Notes: generated by a model from the sequence alone, not told the origin. Shown: positions 20,005 through 29,594, counted from the first letter of the stretch. The stretch: DNA of 50,631 nucleotides from Clostridiaceae bacterium (GCA_904501875.1 CAJGCQ010000001.1:1-50631), one strand, 5' to 3'. Translations and numbers: made by a program.

Positions 20005-20786
20005 GTGATTTTTTAGAGGAAAGCCCTTTAAGCGAACACCCAATTTTTGACAGCCACGCCCACTATGACGATGCAAAATTCAACGGGATCCGTGATGAGC
20101 TTTTAGAGTCTCTGCCCCGTCACGACGTATGCGGTGTAATCAACTGCGGGTGCGATATTAAGTCTTCTAAAACAGCTCTCTCCTTTGCTGAAAAATACCC
20201 CTACATTTACGCCGCAGTAGGTGTTCACCCCGAGAATATCGGCGGCGGAACGGCGGCGGAAATAGGGGAGCTTGCAAAGCATAAAAAGTGTGTTGCGATA
20301 GGTGAAATCGGGCTTGACTACTACTGGGTTTCGGACAATAAGGAGGAACAAAAGGCCCTTTTCGAGGAACAGTTAATTCTTGCAAATAAGCTGGGTCTCC
20401 CCGTTATCGTCCACGACCGAGACGCCCACGCAGATACCCTTGAGCTTCTTAAAAAGCACCGCCCAAGGGGTGTTGTTCACAGCTTTTCGGGCAGTCGTGA
20501 AATGGCAAAAGAAATACTGGAATTAGGTATGTATATCGGAATCGGGGGAGTTATAACCTTTAAAAATGCAAAAAAGCTCCCCGAGATTGTTGAAATGTTG
20601 CCCGAGGACCGCTTTTTGCTTGAAACCGACGCTCCCTATTTAACCCCTGTTCCCTACAGAGGGGAAATAAATAATTCGGCTATGATTTATTATACCGCAA
20701 AAAAAATTGCCGAAATCAGAAACTCCACGGTCGAAGGTATCCTTTCTTCGGCAAGGAAAAACACAGAAAATTTATTCGGTATATAG
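20001..20786 (+). CDS. tatD: TatD-family metal-dependent hydrolase/DNase
   Basis: 261 aa with motifs DSHAH, GEIGLDY, HDRDAH and ETDAPYL. The start overlaps the metG stop (ATGA). Confidence 0.9.
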   Translation: MSDFLEESPLSEHPIFDSHAHYDDAKFNGIRDELLESLPRHDVCGVINCGCDIKSSKTALSFAEKYPYIYAAVGVHPENIGGGTAAEIGELAKHKKCVAIGEIGLDYYWVSDNKEEQKALFEEQLILANKLGLPVIVHDRDAHADTLELLKKHRPRGVVHSFSGSREMAKEILELGMYIGIGGVITFKNAKKLPEIVEMLPEDRFLLETDAPYLTPVPYRGEINNSAMIYYTAKKIAEIRNSTVEGILSSARKNTENLFGI

Positions 20787-20795
20787 TATATTTGA

Positions 20796-20838
20796 CCCCG
20801 CATTTACAGATAATAAATCTGAAAGCGGGGTGATTTTT
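20796..20838 (+). terminator. Long interrupted hairpin plus T5 after tatD (terminator-like; sequesters the SD of the next micro-ORF)
   Basis: CCCCGC(20796-20801)...CAGAT-AATAA-ATCTG...GCGGGG(20825-20830), then TGATTTTT. Confidence 0.45.
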
Positions 20839-20839
20839 A

Positions 20840-20971
20840 ATGGAAAACAACCAGAACAAGAACAACCAGAACAAGAATAACCAGAATAACAACCAGAACA
20901 AAAATAACCAGAACAAGAATAACCAGAATAACAACCAGAACAAGAACAACAATAATAACAACAATTTATAA
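20840..20971 (+). CDS. Candidate 43-aa Asn-rich micro-protein MENNQNKNNQNKNNQNNNQNKNNQNKNNQNNNQNKNNNNNNNL (below the ORF-track cutoff)
   Basis: ATG 20840 sits 6 nt after GGGGTGA. All repeat units are multiples of 3 nt. TAA at 20969-20971 is followed by a bidirectional terminator. Confidence 0.45.
   Translation: MENNQNKNNQNKNNQNNNQNKNNQNKNNQNNNQNKNNNNNNNL
20849..20947. repeat. Tandem repeat with units of 15, 15 and 12 nt (AACCAGAACAAGAAY / AACCAGAATAAC), forming a 42-nt higher-order period
   Basis: 20864-20905 and 20906-20947 differ at only 2 positions. One further 15-nt unit lies at 20849-20863. Confidence 0.9.
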
Positions 20972-20980
20972 TTAATACTG

Positions 20981-21008
20981 AAAAAACCGCCCCGAAAGGA
21001 GCGGTTTT
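20981..21008. terminator. Bidirectional terminator (prfC on the minus strand, micro-ORF on the plus strand)
   Basis: A6, then ACCGCCCC GAAA GGAGCGGT (one mismatch), then TTTT. Confidence 0.7.
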
Positions 21009-21021
21009 AAATTTTTTTATT

Positions 21022-22614
21022 TTAATCTTTACTGAAATCCTCGAGAATAAGTCCTTCGTTGCGTTCCTCTGCCCAGTTAATGTTCCACTCGCTTGTAAAT
21101 ATTAAGAGATTATTGTTTTTGAAGTCCTGCACCCACTTAGTGTCCGAAGTAAGGTTGAGGGCTTTAATATCAATATCCTTATTCTTTACCCAACGGATAT
21201 ACGAATACGGCAGGTCGTTGCGGATTACATCAACGCCGTATTCGTTTTTAAGACGGTATTCCAGCACCTCTAACTGCAATACACCTACAACGCCAACTAT
21301 TACCCGCTCCATACCCGTGTTGGGCTCACGGAAAATCTGTATTGCACCCTCTTGGGCTATCTGCTCGACTCCCTTCACAAATTGCTTTCTTTTAAGGCTG
21401 TCCTTCTGTTCAATAATGGCAAAATGTTCCGGAGCAAAGGTAGGTATTCCCTCGTACTTAACCTGCATTTTCTGTGAACATACGGTGTCTCCTATGGAAT
21501 AAATACCAGGGTCGAAAACTCCGATAATATCCCCTGCATAGGCCTCGTTTATAACCTGCCGTTCCTCCGCCATCATCTGCTGAGGCTGAGAAAGCCTAAC
21601 AGGCTTTCCCGCCTGAACATGGTAATAGTCGGCTCCCCTCTCAAATTTCCCCGAGCATATACGGAAGAAGGTTACCCTGTCACGATGGTTTTTATTCATA
21701 TTCGCCTGAATTTTAAAGGCAAAGGCCGAAAATTTCTCATCAAAGGGGCTTATTTCCTTACCCTCGGAAATGCGAGGCAAAGGTGAAGTCGTCATTTTAA
21801 GGAAGTTTTCAAGAAAGGGCTCTATTCCGAAGTTGGTAAGCGCCGAGCCGAAGAATACCGGCGTAAGCTCACCCTTTCTAACCTTTTCGATATCAAATTC
21901 AAAGCTTGCCCCGTCAAGCAGCTCTATCTGGTCAACAAGCTCGGCACGCTGGTACTCGCCTATAAGCTCATCTAACTTTTCGGTATCGGTAATGTCGCAT
22001 TTAATTGCGTTCAGCCTTTCCTGACCCTTATGAAACTCGTTAAAGGTTAAAATTTCCCGCTTGTCACGGTCAAAAACGCCCTTGAAGCTCACCCCACACC
22101 CGATAGGCCAGTTCACGGGATAGGTGCCTATGCCGAACTCCTTTTCAAGCTCATCAAGCAGTTCAAAAGAGTCTCTCGCCTCACGGTCAAGCTTATTGAT
22201 AAATGTGAAAATCGGGATATGCCGCATAGCGCATACCTTAAAGAGCTTCCTTGTTTGCGCCTCTATACCCTTTGCCGCATCAATTACCATAACCGCACTG
22301 TCCGCCGCCATAAGGGTGCGGTAGGTGTCCTCCGAGAAGTCCTGATGCCCCGGAGTGTCAAGTATATTTATACAGTAGCCCTCGTACTCAAACTGCATTA
22401 CCGAGGAGGTTATGGAAATTCCACGCTGCTTTTCAAGCTCCATCCAGTCGGAAACTGCATGCTTTGCTGTGGCCTTTCCCTTAACAGAGCCTGCGGTCTG
22501 TATTGCACCTCCGTAAAGAAGGAATTTTTCTGTAAGTGTGGTTTTACCCGCATCAGGGTGGGATATGATAGCAAACGTGCGCCGTCTTCCAATTTCTCGT
22601 TCTAATTCGGTCAC
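21022..22614 (-). CDS. prfC: Peptide chain release factor 3 (translational GTPase)
   Basis: 530 aa with GTP-binding motifs AIISHPDAGKTT, DTPGH and NKLD. GTG start with AAAGGAG SD. Confidence 0.93.
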   Translation of the reverse strand: MTELEREIGRRRTFAIISHPDAGKTTLTEKFLLYGGAIQTAGSVKGKATAKHAVSDWMELEKQRGISITSSVMQFEYEGYCINILDTPGHQDFSEDTYRTLMAADSAVMVIDAAKGIEAQTRKLFKVCAMRHIPIFTFINKLDREARDSFELLDELEKEFGIGTYPVNWPIGCGVSFKGVFDRDKREILTFNEFHKGQERLNAIKCDITDTEKLDELIGEYQRAELVDQIELLDGASFEFDIEKVRKGELTPVFFGSALTNFGIEPFLENFLKMTTSPLPRISEGKEISPFDEKFSAFAFKIQANMNKNHRDRVTFFRICSGKFERGADYYHVQAGKPVRLSQPQQMMAEERQVINEAYAGDIIGVFDPGIYSIGDTVCSQKMQVKYEGIPTFAPEHFAIIEQKDSLKRKQFVKGVEQIAQEGAIQIFREPNTGMERVIVGVVGVLQLEVLEYRLKNEYGVDVIRNDLPYSYIRWVKNKDIDIKALNLTSDTKWVQDFKNNNLLIFTSEWNINWAEERNEGLILEDFSKD

Positions 22615-22651
22615 CGAAACTTCTCCTTTGAACTTTAATTACCGATTAATA

Positions 22652-22680
22652 ATTTTACCATAAAGTGCGCAGATTATCAA
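22652..22680 (-). promoter_or_regulatory. Putative prfC promoter
   Basis: Minus strand: TTGATA, 17 nt, TGgTAAAAT (extended -10). Confidence 0.5.
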
Positions 22681-22693
22681 CAACGATTTTCGC

Positions 22694-22722
22694 AAAAAAA
22701 CCGCCCCTGACGGAGCGGTTTT
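22694..22722 (-). terminator. Intrinsic terminator ending the alpha-operon transcript
   Basis: Minus strand: CCGCUCC GUCA GGGGCGG followed by U7 (A7 at 22694-22700 on the plus strand). Confidence 0.75.
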
Positions 22723-22855
22723 CAATTACTACGGTTTAGTACCCACATTATCGGCGCAAAATACGGAATTTGCCGTATATACCTTTTGGCTGCGCCGCGC
22801 CCAATGTGACTACTAAATCTGTTTAATGACAGCAAGCCTTGCCGTCAAATGAGAG

Positions 22856-23197
22856 TTATACCAACTCGATAATCGCCATCTCGGCAGCGTCACCGCGGCG
22901 AGGACCGGTTTTAACAATCCTGCAATAACCGCCGTTTACATCCTTATACTTGGGAGCGATTTCGTTGAAGAGCTTTGCTACAACATCCTCCTTAGTAATA
23001 AAGGCCATTGCCTGACGCTTAGTGTTAAGATTGTTATCCTTAGCGAGTGTAATATACTTCTCTGCCATTGATCTTACTTCTTTGGCGCGGGTCACAGTAG
23101 TCTCAATTCTGCCATTTTCAAGCAGATATGTCACCATAGCTCTGAGCATGGCGGTTCTGTGATCGCTGGTTCTTCCGAGTTTACGGGTTCCCGGCAT
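22856..23197 (-). CDS. rplQ: 50S ribosomal protein L17
   Basis: 113 aa ([15 protein letters not shown]...). Last gene in the order rpsM-rpsK-rpsD-rpoA-rplQ. Confidence 0.97.
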   Translation of the reverse strand: MPGTRKLGRTSDHRTAMLRAMVTYLLENGRIETTVTRAKEVRSMAEKYITLAKDNNLNTKRQAMAFITKEDVVAKLFNEIAPKYKDVNGGYCRIVKTGPRRGDAAEMAIIELV

Positions 23198-23237
23198 TTC
23201 TATTCACTCCTTAACAGTGTGATTTTGCTTTAATGAT

Positions 23238-24188
23238 TTATTCGTCGTCATGCTTGAGGGTAAAGCCAAAGGAATTAAGCTTTGCGATAACCTCTTCAAG
23301 CGACTTGCGGCCCAAGTTCCTTACCTTCATCATATCCTCTTCGGACTTGTTGATAAGGTCTTCAACCGTGTTGATGCCTGCGCGCTTCAGGCAGTTGAAG
23401 CTGCGAACAGATAAATCCAATTCATCGATGGTGAGATCGAGAACCTTTTCTTTCTCGTTATCACTCTTCTCTGCCATAATGCTCTGAGCCTCACTGGCAC
23501 CCTCTGTAAGGTCAAGGAACAGCTCAAAATGCTCAATGAGCACCTTGGCGGACATTGAAACCGCCTCGTTTGCCTTAATAGAGCCGTCTGTCCAAACCTC
23601 AAGAGTAAGCTTGCCCTTATCGGTAACATTACCTACACGGGTATTATCAACCGTGAAGTTAGCCTTGAGCACAGGCGTATAAATAGAGTCAACGGGAATC
23701 ACGCCGATTACATTCTGCGCCGGTCTGTTCTGCTCGGCGGGTACATAGCCCCTGCCCTTGTCGAGAGTCATCTCCATATTGAGCTTTGCTCCCGCATCAA
23801 GCGTGGCAATATACATATCGGGGTTTAAAATCTCAACCTCGGAATCGGCCTGGATTGAAGCGGCAGTAACCACTGAGGGGCCCTCTGCCTCAATATAAAT
23901 CTTCTTCGCCGTATCGGCATGGAGCTTTGCAATCAAACCCTTGATATTGAGGATGATTTCGGTTACATCCTCTTTTACTCCGGGAATGGTGGAAAACTCA
24001 TGCACAACACCGTCAATCTTAACCGAGGTAACGGCTACGCCCGGCAAAATGGATAAAAGCACCCGTCTCATACTGTTGCCGAGGGTTGTAGCATAGCCAC
24101 GCTCCAGCGGCTCCATAACGAATTTGCCGTACTTGCCATCCGCGGTAAGTTCTACGGTATCTATTCTGGGCTTTTCAATTTCTATCAT
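23238..24188 (-). CDS. rpoA: DNA-directed RNA polymerase subunit alpha
   Basis: 316 aa with an N-terminal assembly domain and a C-terminal alpha-CTD ([14 protein letters not shown]). Confidence 0.97.
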   Translation of the reverse strand: MIEIEKPRIDTVELTADGKYGKFVMEPLERGYATTLGNSMRRVLLSILPGVAVTSVKIDGVVHEFSTIPGVKEDVTEIILNIKGLIAKLHADTAKKIYIEAEGPSVVTAASIQADSEVEILNPDMYIATLDAGAKLNMEMTLDKGRGYVPAEQNRPAQNVIGVIPVDSIYTPVLKANFTVDNTRVGNVTDKGKLTLEVWTDGSIKANEAVSMSAKVLIEHFELFLDLTEGASEAQSIMAEKSDNEKEKVLDLTIDELDLSVRSFNCLKRAGINTVEDLINKSEEDMMKVRNLGRKSLEEVIAKLNSFGFTLKHDDE

Positions 24189-24277
24189 TTAAAAGCTCCG
24201 TTTCTCCGTACTGTATTTTTTATGCCGCCGCATCTGTACGGGAAATGCGGTGGAAAGCTGACAAAAACCTAAGGTTA

Positions 24278-24904
24278 TTACTTAGAGTAGAACTCAACGA
24301 TGAGCTGCTCGTCAACAGGAGCATCAATCTGGTCTCTTGTGGGCAGAGCGATAACCTTTGCTGTAAGCTGGTCACGGTTGATATCAATCCACTGGGGAAC
24401 AGGTCTTGCACTGTTAGCCTCAACAACCGCTTTAATCTTTTCGCTGCCGCGGCTCTTCTCGCAGATAGAAACAACGTCGCCTGCCTTTAAGAGATAGGAA
24501 GCGATATCTACACGCTTGCCGTTTACCTCAAAATGGCCGTGACCTACGAGCTGACGGGCTTCTGCTCTTGAAGAAGCAAAGCCAACTCTGTAAACAACAT
24601 TATCGAGACGGCTTTCAAGTATTCTTAAAAGGTTGTCGCCGGTAATGCCTTGCTTTCTTTCAGCAATTTCAAAATAATGATGGAACTGATTTTCCTGAAC
24701 ACCGTAGAAGCGTCTTGCGGTCTGCTTAGCACGAAGCTGCATACCGTATTCAGACGATTTCTTTCTGCCCTGTCCGTGCTGGCCGGGAGCGTAGCCCCTT
24801 AAAGCAACAGAGCATTTATCCGAGTAGCAGCGCTCGCCCTTGAGGAACAGCTTCTGACCCTCACGTCGGCAAAGTCTGCAAACTGCACCGGTATATCTTG
24901 CCAT
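24278..24904 (-). CDS. rpsD: 30S ribosomal protein S4
   Basis: 208 aa starting [26 protein letters not shown]. Confidence 0.97.
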   Translation of the reverse strand: MARYTGAVCRLCRREGQKLFLKGERCYSDKCSVALRGYAPGQHGQGRKKSSEYGMQLRAKQTARRFYGVQENQFHHYFEIAERKQGITGDNLLRILESRLDNVVYRVGFASSRAEARQLVGHGHFEVNGKRVDIASYLLKAGDVVSICEKSRGSEKIKAVVEANSARPVPQWIDINRDQLTAKVIALPTRDQIDAPVDEQLIVEFYSK

Positions 24905-24962
24905 CTATTACACCTCCAAAATTTTAACTGCAACTGTTGTTGCAAAGATAAGTTATAATCGA

Positions 24963-25364
24963 TTATACACGTCTTCTCTTGGGAGGACGGCAGCCATTAT
25001 GGGGAATGGGGGTTACATCCTTAATAAGACTAACCTCAAGACCCGCAGTCTGCAGTGCGCGGATAGCCGCTTCACGTCCTGCTCCCGGACCCTTAACATA
25101 CACTTCAACAGTCTTAAGACCGTGCTCCATAGCAGCCTTTGCAGCGGTTTCAGCCGCACTCTGCGCCGCAAACGGAGTAGACTTTCTTGAACCTCTGAAA
25201 CCTAACTCACCGGCAGATGCCCATGAAAGAGCGTTGCCCTGTGTATCGGTGATGGTAACGATAGTATTGTTGAAGGTAGACTGGATATGGGCTGAGCCAC
25301 GCTCGATATTCTTTTTCTCACGGCGACGGCGAGTACCTGCCGTCTTGCCCTTTGCAGTAGCCAT
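24963..25364 (-). CDS. rpsK: 30S ribosomal protein S11
   Basis: 133 aa with [15 protein letters not shown] and [13 protein letters not shown]. Confidence 0.97.
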   Translation of the reverse strand: MATAKGKTAGTRRRREKKNIERGSAHIQSTFNNTIVTITDTQGNALSWASAGELGFRGSRKSTPFAAQSAAETAAKAAMEHGLKTVEVYVKGPGAGREAAIRALQTAGLEVSLIKDVTPIPHNGCRPPKRRRV

Positions 25365-25380
25365 ATTATCTTCCTCCTAC

Positions 25381-25749
25381 TTATTTCTTCTTATTAGCTA
25401 TGGTCTTCTTAGGACCCTTGCGTGTACGCGCGTTTGTTTTAGAGCGCTGTCCTCTTACGGGCAGACCCTTTCTGTGGCGCAGACCGCGATAGCTTCCGAT
25501 TTCGATAAGTCTCTTAATATCAAATGCAATGGTACGGCGACGGTCACCCTCAACCTGAAGGTTATGGTCGATGTATTCACGCAGCTTGGAAATATCGTCC
25601 TCGGTTAAGTCCTTGACACGGGTATCGGGATTGATTCCTGTATCAGCAAGGATTTTTTTAGATGTTGTAAGACCGATTCCGAAGATATAAGTGAGTCCTA
25701 TTTCAACTCGCTTCTCGTTCGGAAGATCAACACCAGCAATTCGTGCCAT
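25381..25749 (-). CDS. rpsM: 30S ribosomal protein S13
   Basis: 122 aa starting [26 protein letters not shown]. Confidence 0.97.
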   Translation of the reverse strand: MARIAGVDLPNEKRVEIGLTYIFGIGLTTSKKILADTGINPDTRVKDLTEDDISKLREYIDHNLQVEGDRRRTIAFDIKRLIEIGSYRGLRHRKGLPVRGQRSKTNARTRKGPKKTIANKKK

Positions 25750-25786
25750 TTATCAATGCACCTCCATATTTTTTACTCGAGCGCAA

Positions 25787-25900
25787 TTAACCCTGACGCT
25801 GTTTGTGCTTGGGGTTTTCGCAGATAACCATTACCTTGCCCTTGCGCTTGATAATTTTGCATTTTTCGCAAATTTTTTTAACAGAAGGTCTGACTTTCAT
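25787..25900 (-). CDS. rpmJ: 50S ribosomal protein L36 (Cys3His zinc form)
   Basis: Not in the ORF track (37 aa). Hand translation of the minus strand gives [37 protein letters not shown] then a stop. Sits in the canonical position between infA and rpsM. Confidence 0.95.
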   Translation of the reverse strand: MKVRPSVKKICEKCKIIKRKGKVMVICENPKHKQRQG

Positions 25901-25930
25901 TCGATTTTGCCTCCTTTAAATTCTTGACTG

Positions 25931-26149
25931 TTACTTGCTTCGCCAGGTTATACGGCCTTTAGACAGGTCGTATGGAGACATTTCAACAGTCACCTTGTCA
26001 CCCGGCAATATGCGAATGAAATTCATACGCAGCTTGCCTGAAATGTGAGCAAGAATGGTATGTCCCCCCTGAATTTCTACCTTAAACATTGCGTTAGGCA
26101 TCGCCTCAACAACTACGCCTTCAAGCTCTATCATATCCTCTTTGGACAT
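25931..26149 (-). CDS. infA: Translation initiation factor IF-1
   Basis: Track ORF trimmed to [25 protein letters not shown]..., with AAGGAGGAG SD upstream of 26149. Confidence 0.95.
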   Translation of the reverse strand: MSKEDMIELEGVVVEAMPNAMFKVEIQGGHTILAHISGKLRMNFIRILPGDKVTVEMSPYDLSKGRITWRSK

Positions 26150-26162
26150 CTTGGCTCCTCCT

Positions 26163-26402
26163 TTACAAAACGGAATCTCTGTAAACCGCAAGAGCTCGTC
26201 TCAACGATTTATCTGTACTGTAACTGTCTTCATCGAGCACGGTATTAGTAAGCGCTAAGTGCTTGGGATTTTTTCGTTTCGGTCGACTGAGCGGGCGTTC
26301 CTTACCGTCACATACGAAAAGGAAACCGTCCTCCTCCTTTACAACCACAAGAAAATATCCCCTATCACGCCCCGATTTTGAACAAACTATTCGTCCTATC
26401 AT
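26163..26402 (-). CDS. KOW-domain small protein (L14e-like, function unknown)
   Basis: 79 aa, [21 protein letters not shown]...; KOW-like G(R/K)D motif. Lies between map and infA, a position I recall from other Clostridia. Confidence 0.75.
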   Translation of the reverse strand: MIGRIVCSKSGRDRGYFLVVVKEEDGFLFVCDGKERPLSRPKRKNPKHLALTNTVLDEDSYSTDKSLRRALAVYRDSVL

Positions 26403-26411
26403 ATCAAGTCC

Positions 26412-27161
26412 TCAAATTAAGGTCATAATCTTAGGACCGTCTGCGGTAATTGCTACCGTATGCTCGAAATGTGCGGATAATGACCCGTCCTTGGTTAAAA
26501 CAGTCCACCCGTCGGGCTGTACCTCGACGCCCGCCGCTCCGGCATTGACCATCGGCTCAATGGCGATTGTCATTCCGGGCATTAAACGAACGCCCCTGCC
26601 CGGAGTGCCAAAATTCGGAACCTCGGGAGCTTCATGCAAGTGAGTCCCCACACCGTGGCCGACAAACTGACGGACAACCGTGTAACCCCTTGCCTCAACA
26701 TACGCCTGTACTGCGTGACCTATATCACCGACCCTGCCGCCCGCACACGCCGCCTTGATGCCCTCGTAAAGGCTTTCTCGGGTCGTGTCCATCAGCCGCT
26801 TCGCCTCCTCGGAGATGTCTCCGCAGGCGAAAGTGGCGGCATTGTCACCGTGATAACCGTCAAACTTAGCGCCGAGGTCAATACTTACTATATCCCCCGC
26901 ACGAAGCTTCCGCTTTGCAGACGGTATGCCGTGAATCACTTCGTTGTTGATTGATATACAGGCGGTAGCGGGATAACCCTCATAGTTCTTAAAGTTGGGC
27001 TCGCCCCCCTGACTTCGGATATATTCCTCTGCCAGACGATCAAGCTCAGCTGTAGTGACTCCGGGCTCCACCGCTTTGCCGGCTGTTTGTAATGCTCCGG
27101 CCGATATTCTGCAAGCTTCCTTCATTATCTTAAGCTCACGGCCGGTTTTAAGCACTATCAT
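26412..27161 (-). CDS. map: Methionine aminopeptidase, type I
   Basis: 249 aa with metal-ligand context (DIVSIDLGAKFDGYHGD, VGHGVG, EPM). Confidence 0.95.
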   Translation of the reverse strand: MIVLKTGRELKIMKEACRISAGALQTAGKAVEPGVTTAELDRLAEEYIRSQGGEPNFKNYEGYPATACISINNEVIHGIPSAKRKLRAGDIVSIDLGAKFDGYHGDNAATFACGDISEEAKRLMDTTRESLYEGIKAACAGGRVGDIGHAVQAYVEARGYTVVRQFVGHGVGTHLHEAPEVPNFGTPGRGVRLMPGMTIAIEPMVNAGAAGVEVQPDGWTVLTKDGSLSAHFEHTVAITADGPKIMTLI

Positions 27162-27796
27162 ACCTGATTCTCCAGTGCGTCAAGCACAAGGCGGGTTGTA
27201 TCCTCAACCTTATCCTGACCCTCTACTGTAATCAGCTTTCCGCAGCTCTTGTAAAAATCCTTGAGCGGCTCGGTTTGCTCGTGATAAACATTAAGTCTGT
27301 TTTTCACCGTCTCGGGCTCATCGTCCTTACGGATTACAAGCTTACCACCGCACAGGTTGCAGACACCCTCTACCTCGGGCTTTTTAAACTCAGTATGGTA
27401 GCTGGCTCCGCACTTTTCACAAACCCGTCTGCCGGACATACGCTTTACGATTTCCTCGTCGGCAACCTCAATAGAGAGGGCGGCGTCAATCACAAAGCCC
27501 ATATCGTCAAGGGCAACCGCCTGCGGAATCGTACGAGGGAAGCCATCTAAAATATAGCCTTCCTTGCAGTCAGCTTCGCTTAAACGCTCCTTGATAATGC
27601 CGATAACCACATTATCGGGAACGAGCTCCCCCGCATCGATGTATGATTTTGCTTTAAGACCCATTTCTGTGCCGTTCTTAAGGGCGGCACGGATTATATT
27701 TCCTGTCGAAATGGTGGGAATGTTATATTTTTCGGAGATTATCTCTGCCTGAGTGCCTTTCCCCGCACCCGGCGCTCCTAAAAGAATAAGCTTCAT
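27158..27796 (-). CDS. adk: Adenylate kinase (zinc-lid type)
   Basis: 212 aa with P-loop GAPGAGKGTQ and lid CxxC...CxxC (CEKCGASY...CNLCGG). Confidence 0.96.
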   Translation of the reverse strand: MKLILLGAPGAGKGTQAEIISEKYNIPTISTGNIIRAALKNGTEMGLKAKSYIDAGELVPDNVVIGIIKERLSEADCKEGYILDGFPRTIPQAVALDDMGFVIDAALSIEVADEEIVKRMSGRRVCEKCGASYHTEFKKPEVEGVCNLCGGKLVIRKDDEPETVKNRLNVYHEQTEPLKDFYKSCGKLITVEGQDKVEDTTRLVLDALENQV

Positions 27797-27812
27797 AAAA
27801 TTCTCCTTATTC

Positions 27813-29087
27813 TTAATCGAGGAATCCCTTATAATGACGCATCATCATCTGGGATTCAAGATTACGAACCGTGTCAAGCGCAACACCAACCATAATCAGC
27901 ACCGAAGTACCGCCAAGCGAAATATTAATTGTGCCGACAGAACCGATAACGATAGGAAGAATTGCAATTACGCTCAAGAAGAGAGCACCCATAAGGGTAA
28001 TTCTTGACAGGATTTTTGAAATAAAGTCCGATGTAGGCTTTCCGGGGCGTATTCCGGGGATTGCGCCACCCTGCTTGCGCAGGTTGTTTGCCATTTCAAC
28101 CGGATTAAACTGGATTGTAGCATAGAAATATGCAAATCCGATAATCAGGAGGAAATAAACCACCGCATAGAATATCCCTCTTACGCTAAAGAGCGACAAA
28201 GCCTTGTACCAGAAGCTTTCGGTATTCCTCATAAATGAGAGGATCATTGTCGGAAGCATCAAAATAGAGCTTGCGAAGATTATCGGCATAACACCCGACA
28301 TATTTACCTTAATCGGTATATGCGTGTTCTGACCGCCGTACATCTTATTACCCACAACACGCTTTGCGTACTGTACGGGAACACGGCGCTCTGCCTCGGT
28401 CATCCAAACGACAAATAGAATTACCGCAAGGAACAAAAGGACTATTCCGATAACCGCAACCTTGTGGAGCTCCCAATTCATAATAAGATACTCGAAAGCC
28501 TGAGGACCGCGGGAAAGAATACCCGCAAAGAGCAGCATGGAAATACCGTTGCCGATACCCTTAACATCAATCTGCTCACCCAGCCACATAACAAGCGCCG
28601 AGCCCGCCGAAAAGGCGAGTACTATAACGAACGCCGCAAAAACGACAGCTCCGCCCGACACGCTTAAATAGTTGCTGTTCTTTAAATAGAAGAAATATGC
28701 AGTACCCTGAATGAGCGCCAAAAGCACCGTTGTATATCGGGTTATCTGCGCCAGCTTCTTCTGTCCCTCTTCTCCCTCTTTCTGCAAGCGCTCAAGATAG
28801 GGAATAGCAACGCAGAGAAGCTGAATTATAATGGAGGAGTTGATGTACGGGGTAACCGACATTGCGAAGATAGCGCCGTACTCAAGACCGCCTCCGGTTA
28901 AAATTGACAGGTAGCTGAAAAATTCATTTGTAGCTCCCGTTTCATTGGCCGCTTTTAGTGCCGCAACATCAATGTAGGGCACAGGAATAACAGAACCAAT
29001 GCGGAAAATCAAAATGATGAAAACGGTAAAAAGAATCTTATTGCGAACTTCTTTTATTTTCCAGGCGTTTCTTAATGTTTCTAACAT
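27813..29087 (-). CDS. secY: Preprotein translocase subunit SecY
   Basis: 424 aa with 10-TM topology, in the canonical spc-operon position. Confidence 0.96.
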   Translation of the reverse strand: MLETLRNAWKIKEVRNKILFTVFIILIFRIGSVIPVPYIDVAALKAANETGATNEFFSYLSILTGGGLEYGAIFAMSVTPYINSSIIIQLLCVAIPYLERLQKEGEEGQKKLAQITRYTTVLLALIQGTAYFFYLKNSNYLSVSGGAVVFAAFVIVLAFSAGSALVMWLGEQIDVKGIGNGISMLLFAGILSRGPQAFEYLIMNWELHKVAVIGIVLLFLAVILFVVWMTEAERRVPVQYAKRVVGNKMYGGQNTHIPIKVNMSGVMPIIFASSILMLPTMILSFMRNTESFWYKALSLFSVRGIFYAVVYFLLIIGFAYFYATIQFNPVEMANNLRKQGGAIPGIRPGKPTSDFISKILSRITLMGALFLSVIAILPIVIGSVGTINISLGGTSVLIMVGVALDTVRNLESQMMMRHYKGFLD

Positions 29088-29527
29088 TAGATCACCTCAG
29101 CCTTTCCGCCTACGGAATTAATTTTTTCAGTGGCAGATGCCGAGAAAGCATTGAGCTTTACAGTGAGCTTCTTTGTAAGCTTTCCGTTGCCCAAAACCTT
29201 AACGGGAAGGTTCGCTTTCTTTATGATTCCCTTATCAGCCAAGACTTGAGCGTCAACAGTCGCACCGTCCTCGAATACTTCAAGAGCGGAGATATTGATG
29301 GCAACCCATTCCTCAGCAAAAATGTTATTGAAGCCGCGCTTCGGAACTCTTCTCTGGAGCGGCATCTGACCGCCTTCAAAACCGGGTCTCATACCGTGGC
29401 CTGCACGTGCCTTCTGACCCTTATGTCCCTTACCGGCTGTTTTTCCGTTTCCGGATCCGTGACCTCTGCCTATGCGCTTCGCCTCTTTAGTAGAGCCGAA
29501 AGCCGGAGCTAATTCATGCATTTTCAT
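29087..29527 (-). CDS. rplO: 50S ribosomal protein L15
   Basis: Track ORF trimmed to [12 protein letters not shown]... (AGGAGGTG 6 nt upstream). Confidence 0.95.
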   Translation of the reverse strand: MKMHELAPAFGSTKEAKRIGRGHGSGNGKTAGKGHKGQKARAGHGMRPGFEGGQMPLQRRVPKRGFNNIFAEEWVAINISALEVFEDGATVDAQVLADKGIIKKANLPVKVLGNGKLTKKLTVKLNAFSASATEKINSVGGKAEVI

Positions 29528-29594
29528 TGTTCGCACCTCCTTGCTTAATTAGCGCGGTTGAACCGCATTTCCGTAAACATTTACGGATAAAGGA

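Noticed and set aside
20849-20947. Possibility that the tandem repeat is a CRISPR array or a mobile-element end
   Set aside because: The units are contiguous with no spacers, have a 12-15 nt unit size, and are all in one reading frame. No cas, transposase or integrase genes occur anywhere in the window.
20716-20964. 82-aa minus-strand ORF (LFWLFLFW... repeat)
   Set aside because: It is the mirror image of the Asn-codon repeat. It has no SD, would start right after the prfC terminator, and runs antisense into the tatD 3' end. The plus-strand reading has an ATG, an SD and a terminator.
24979-25608. 209-aa plus-strand ORF
   Set aside because: It is antisense across rpsK and rpsM, both unmistakable r-protein genes. 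It is a typical shadow ORF.
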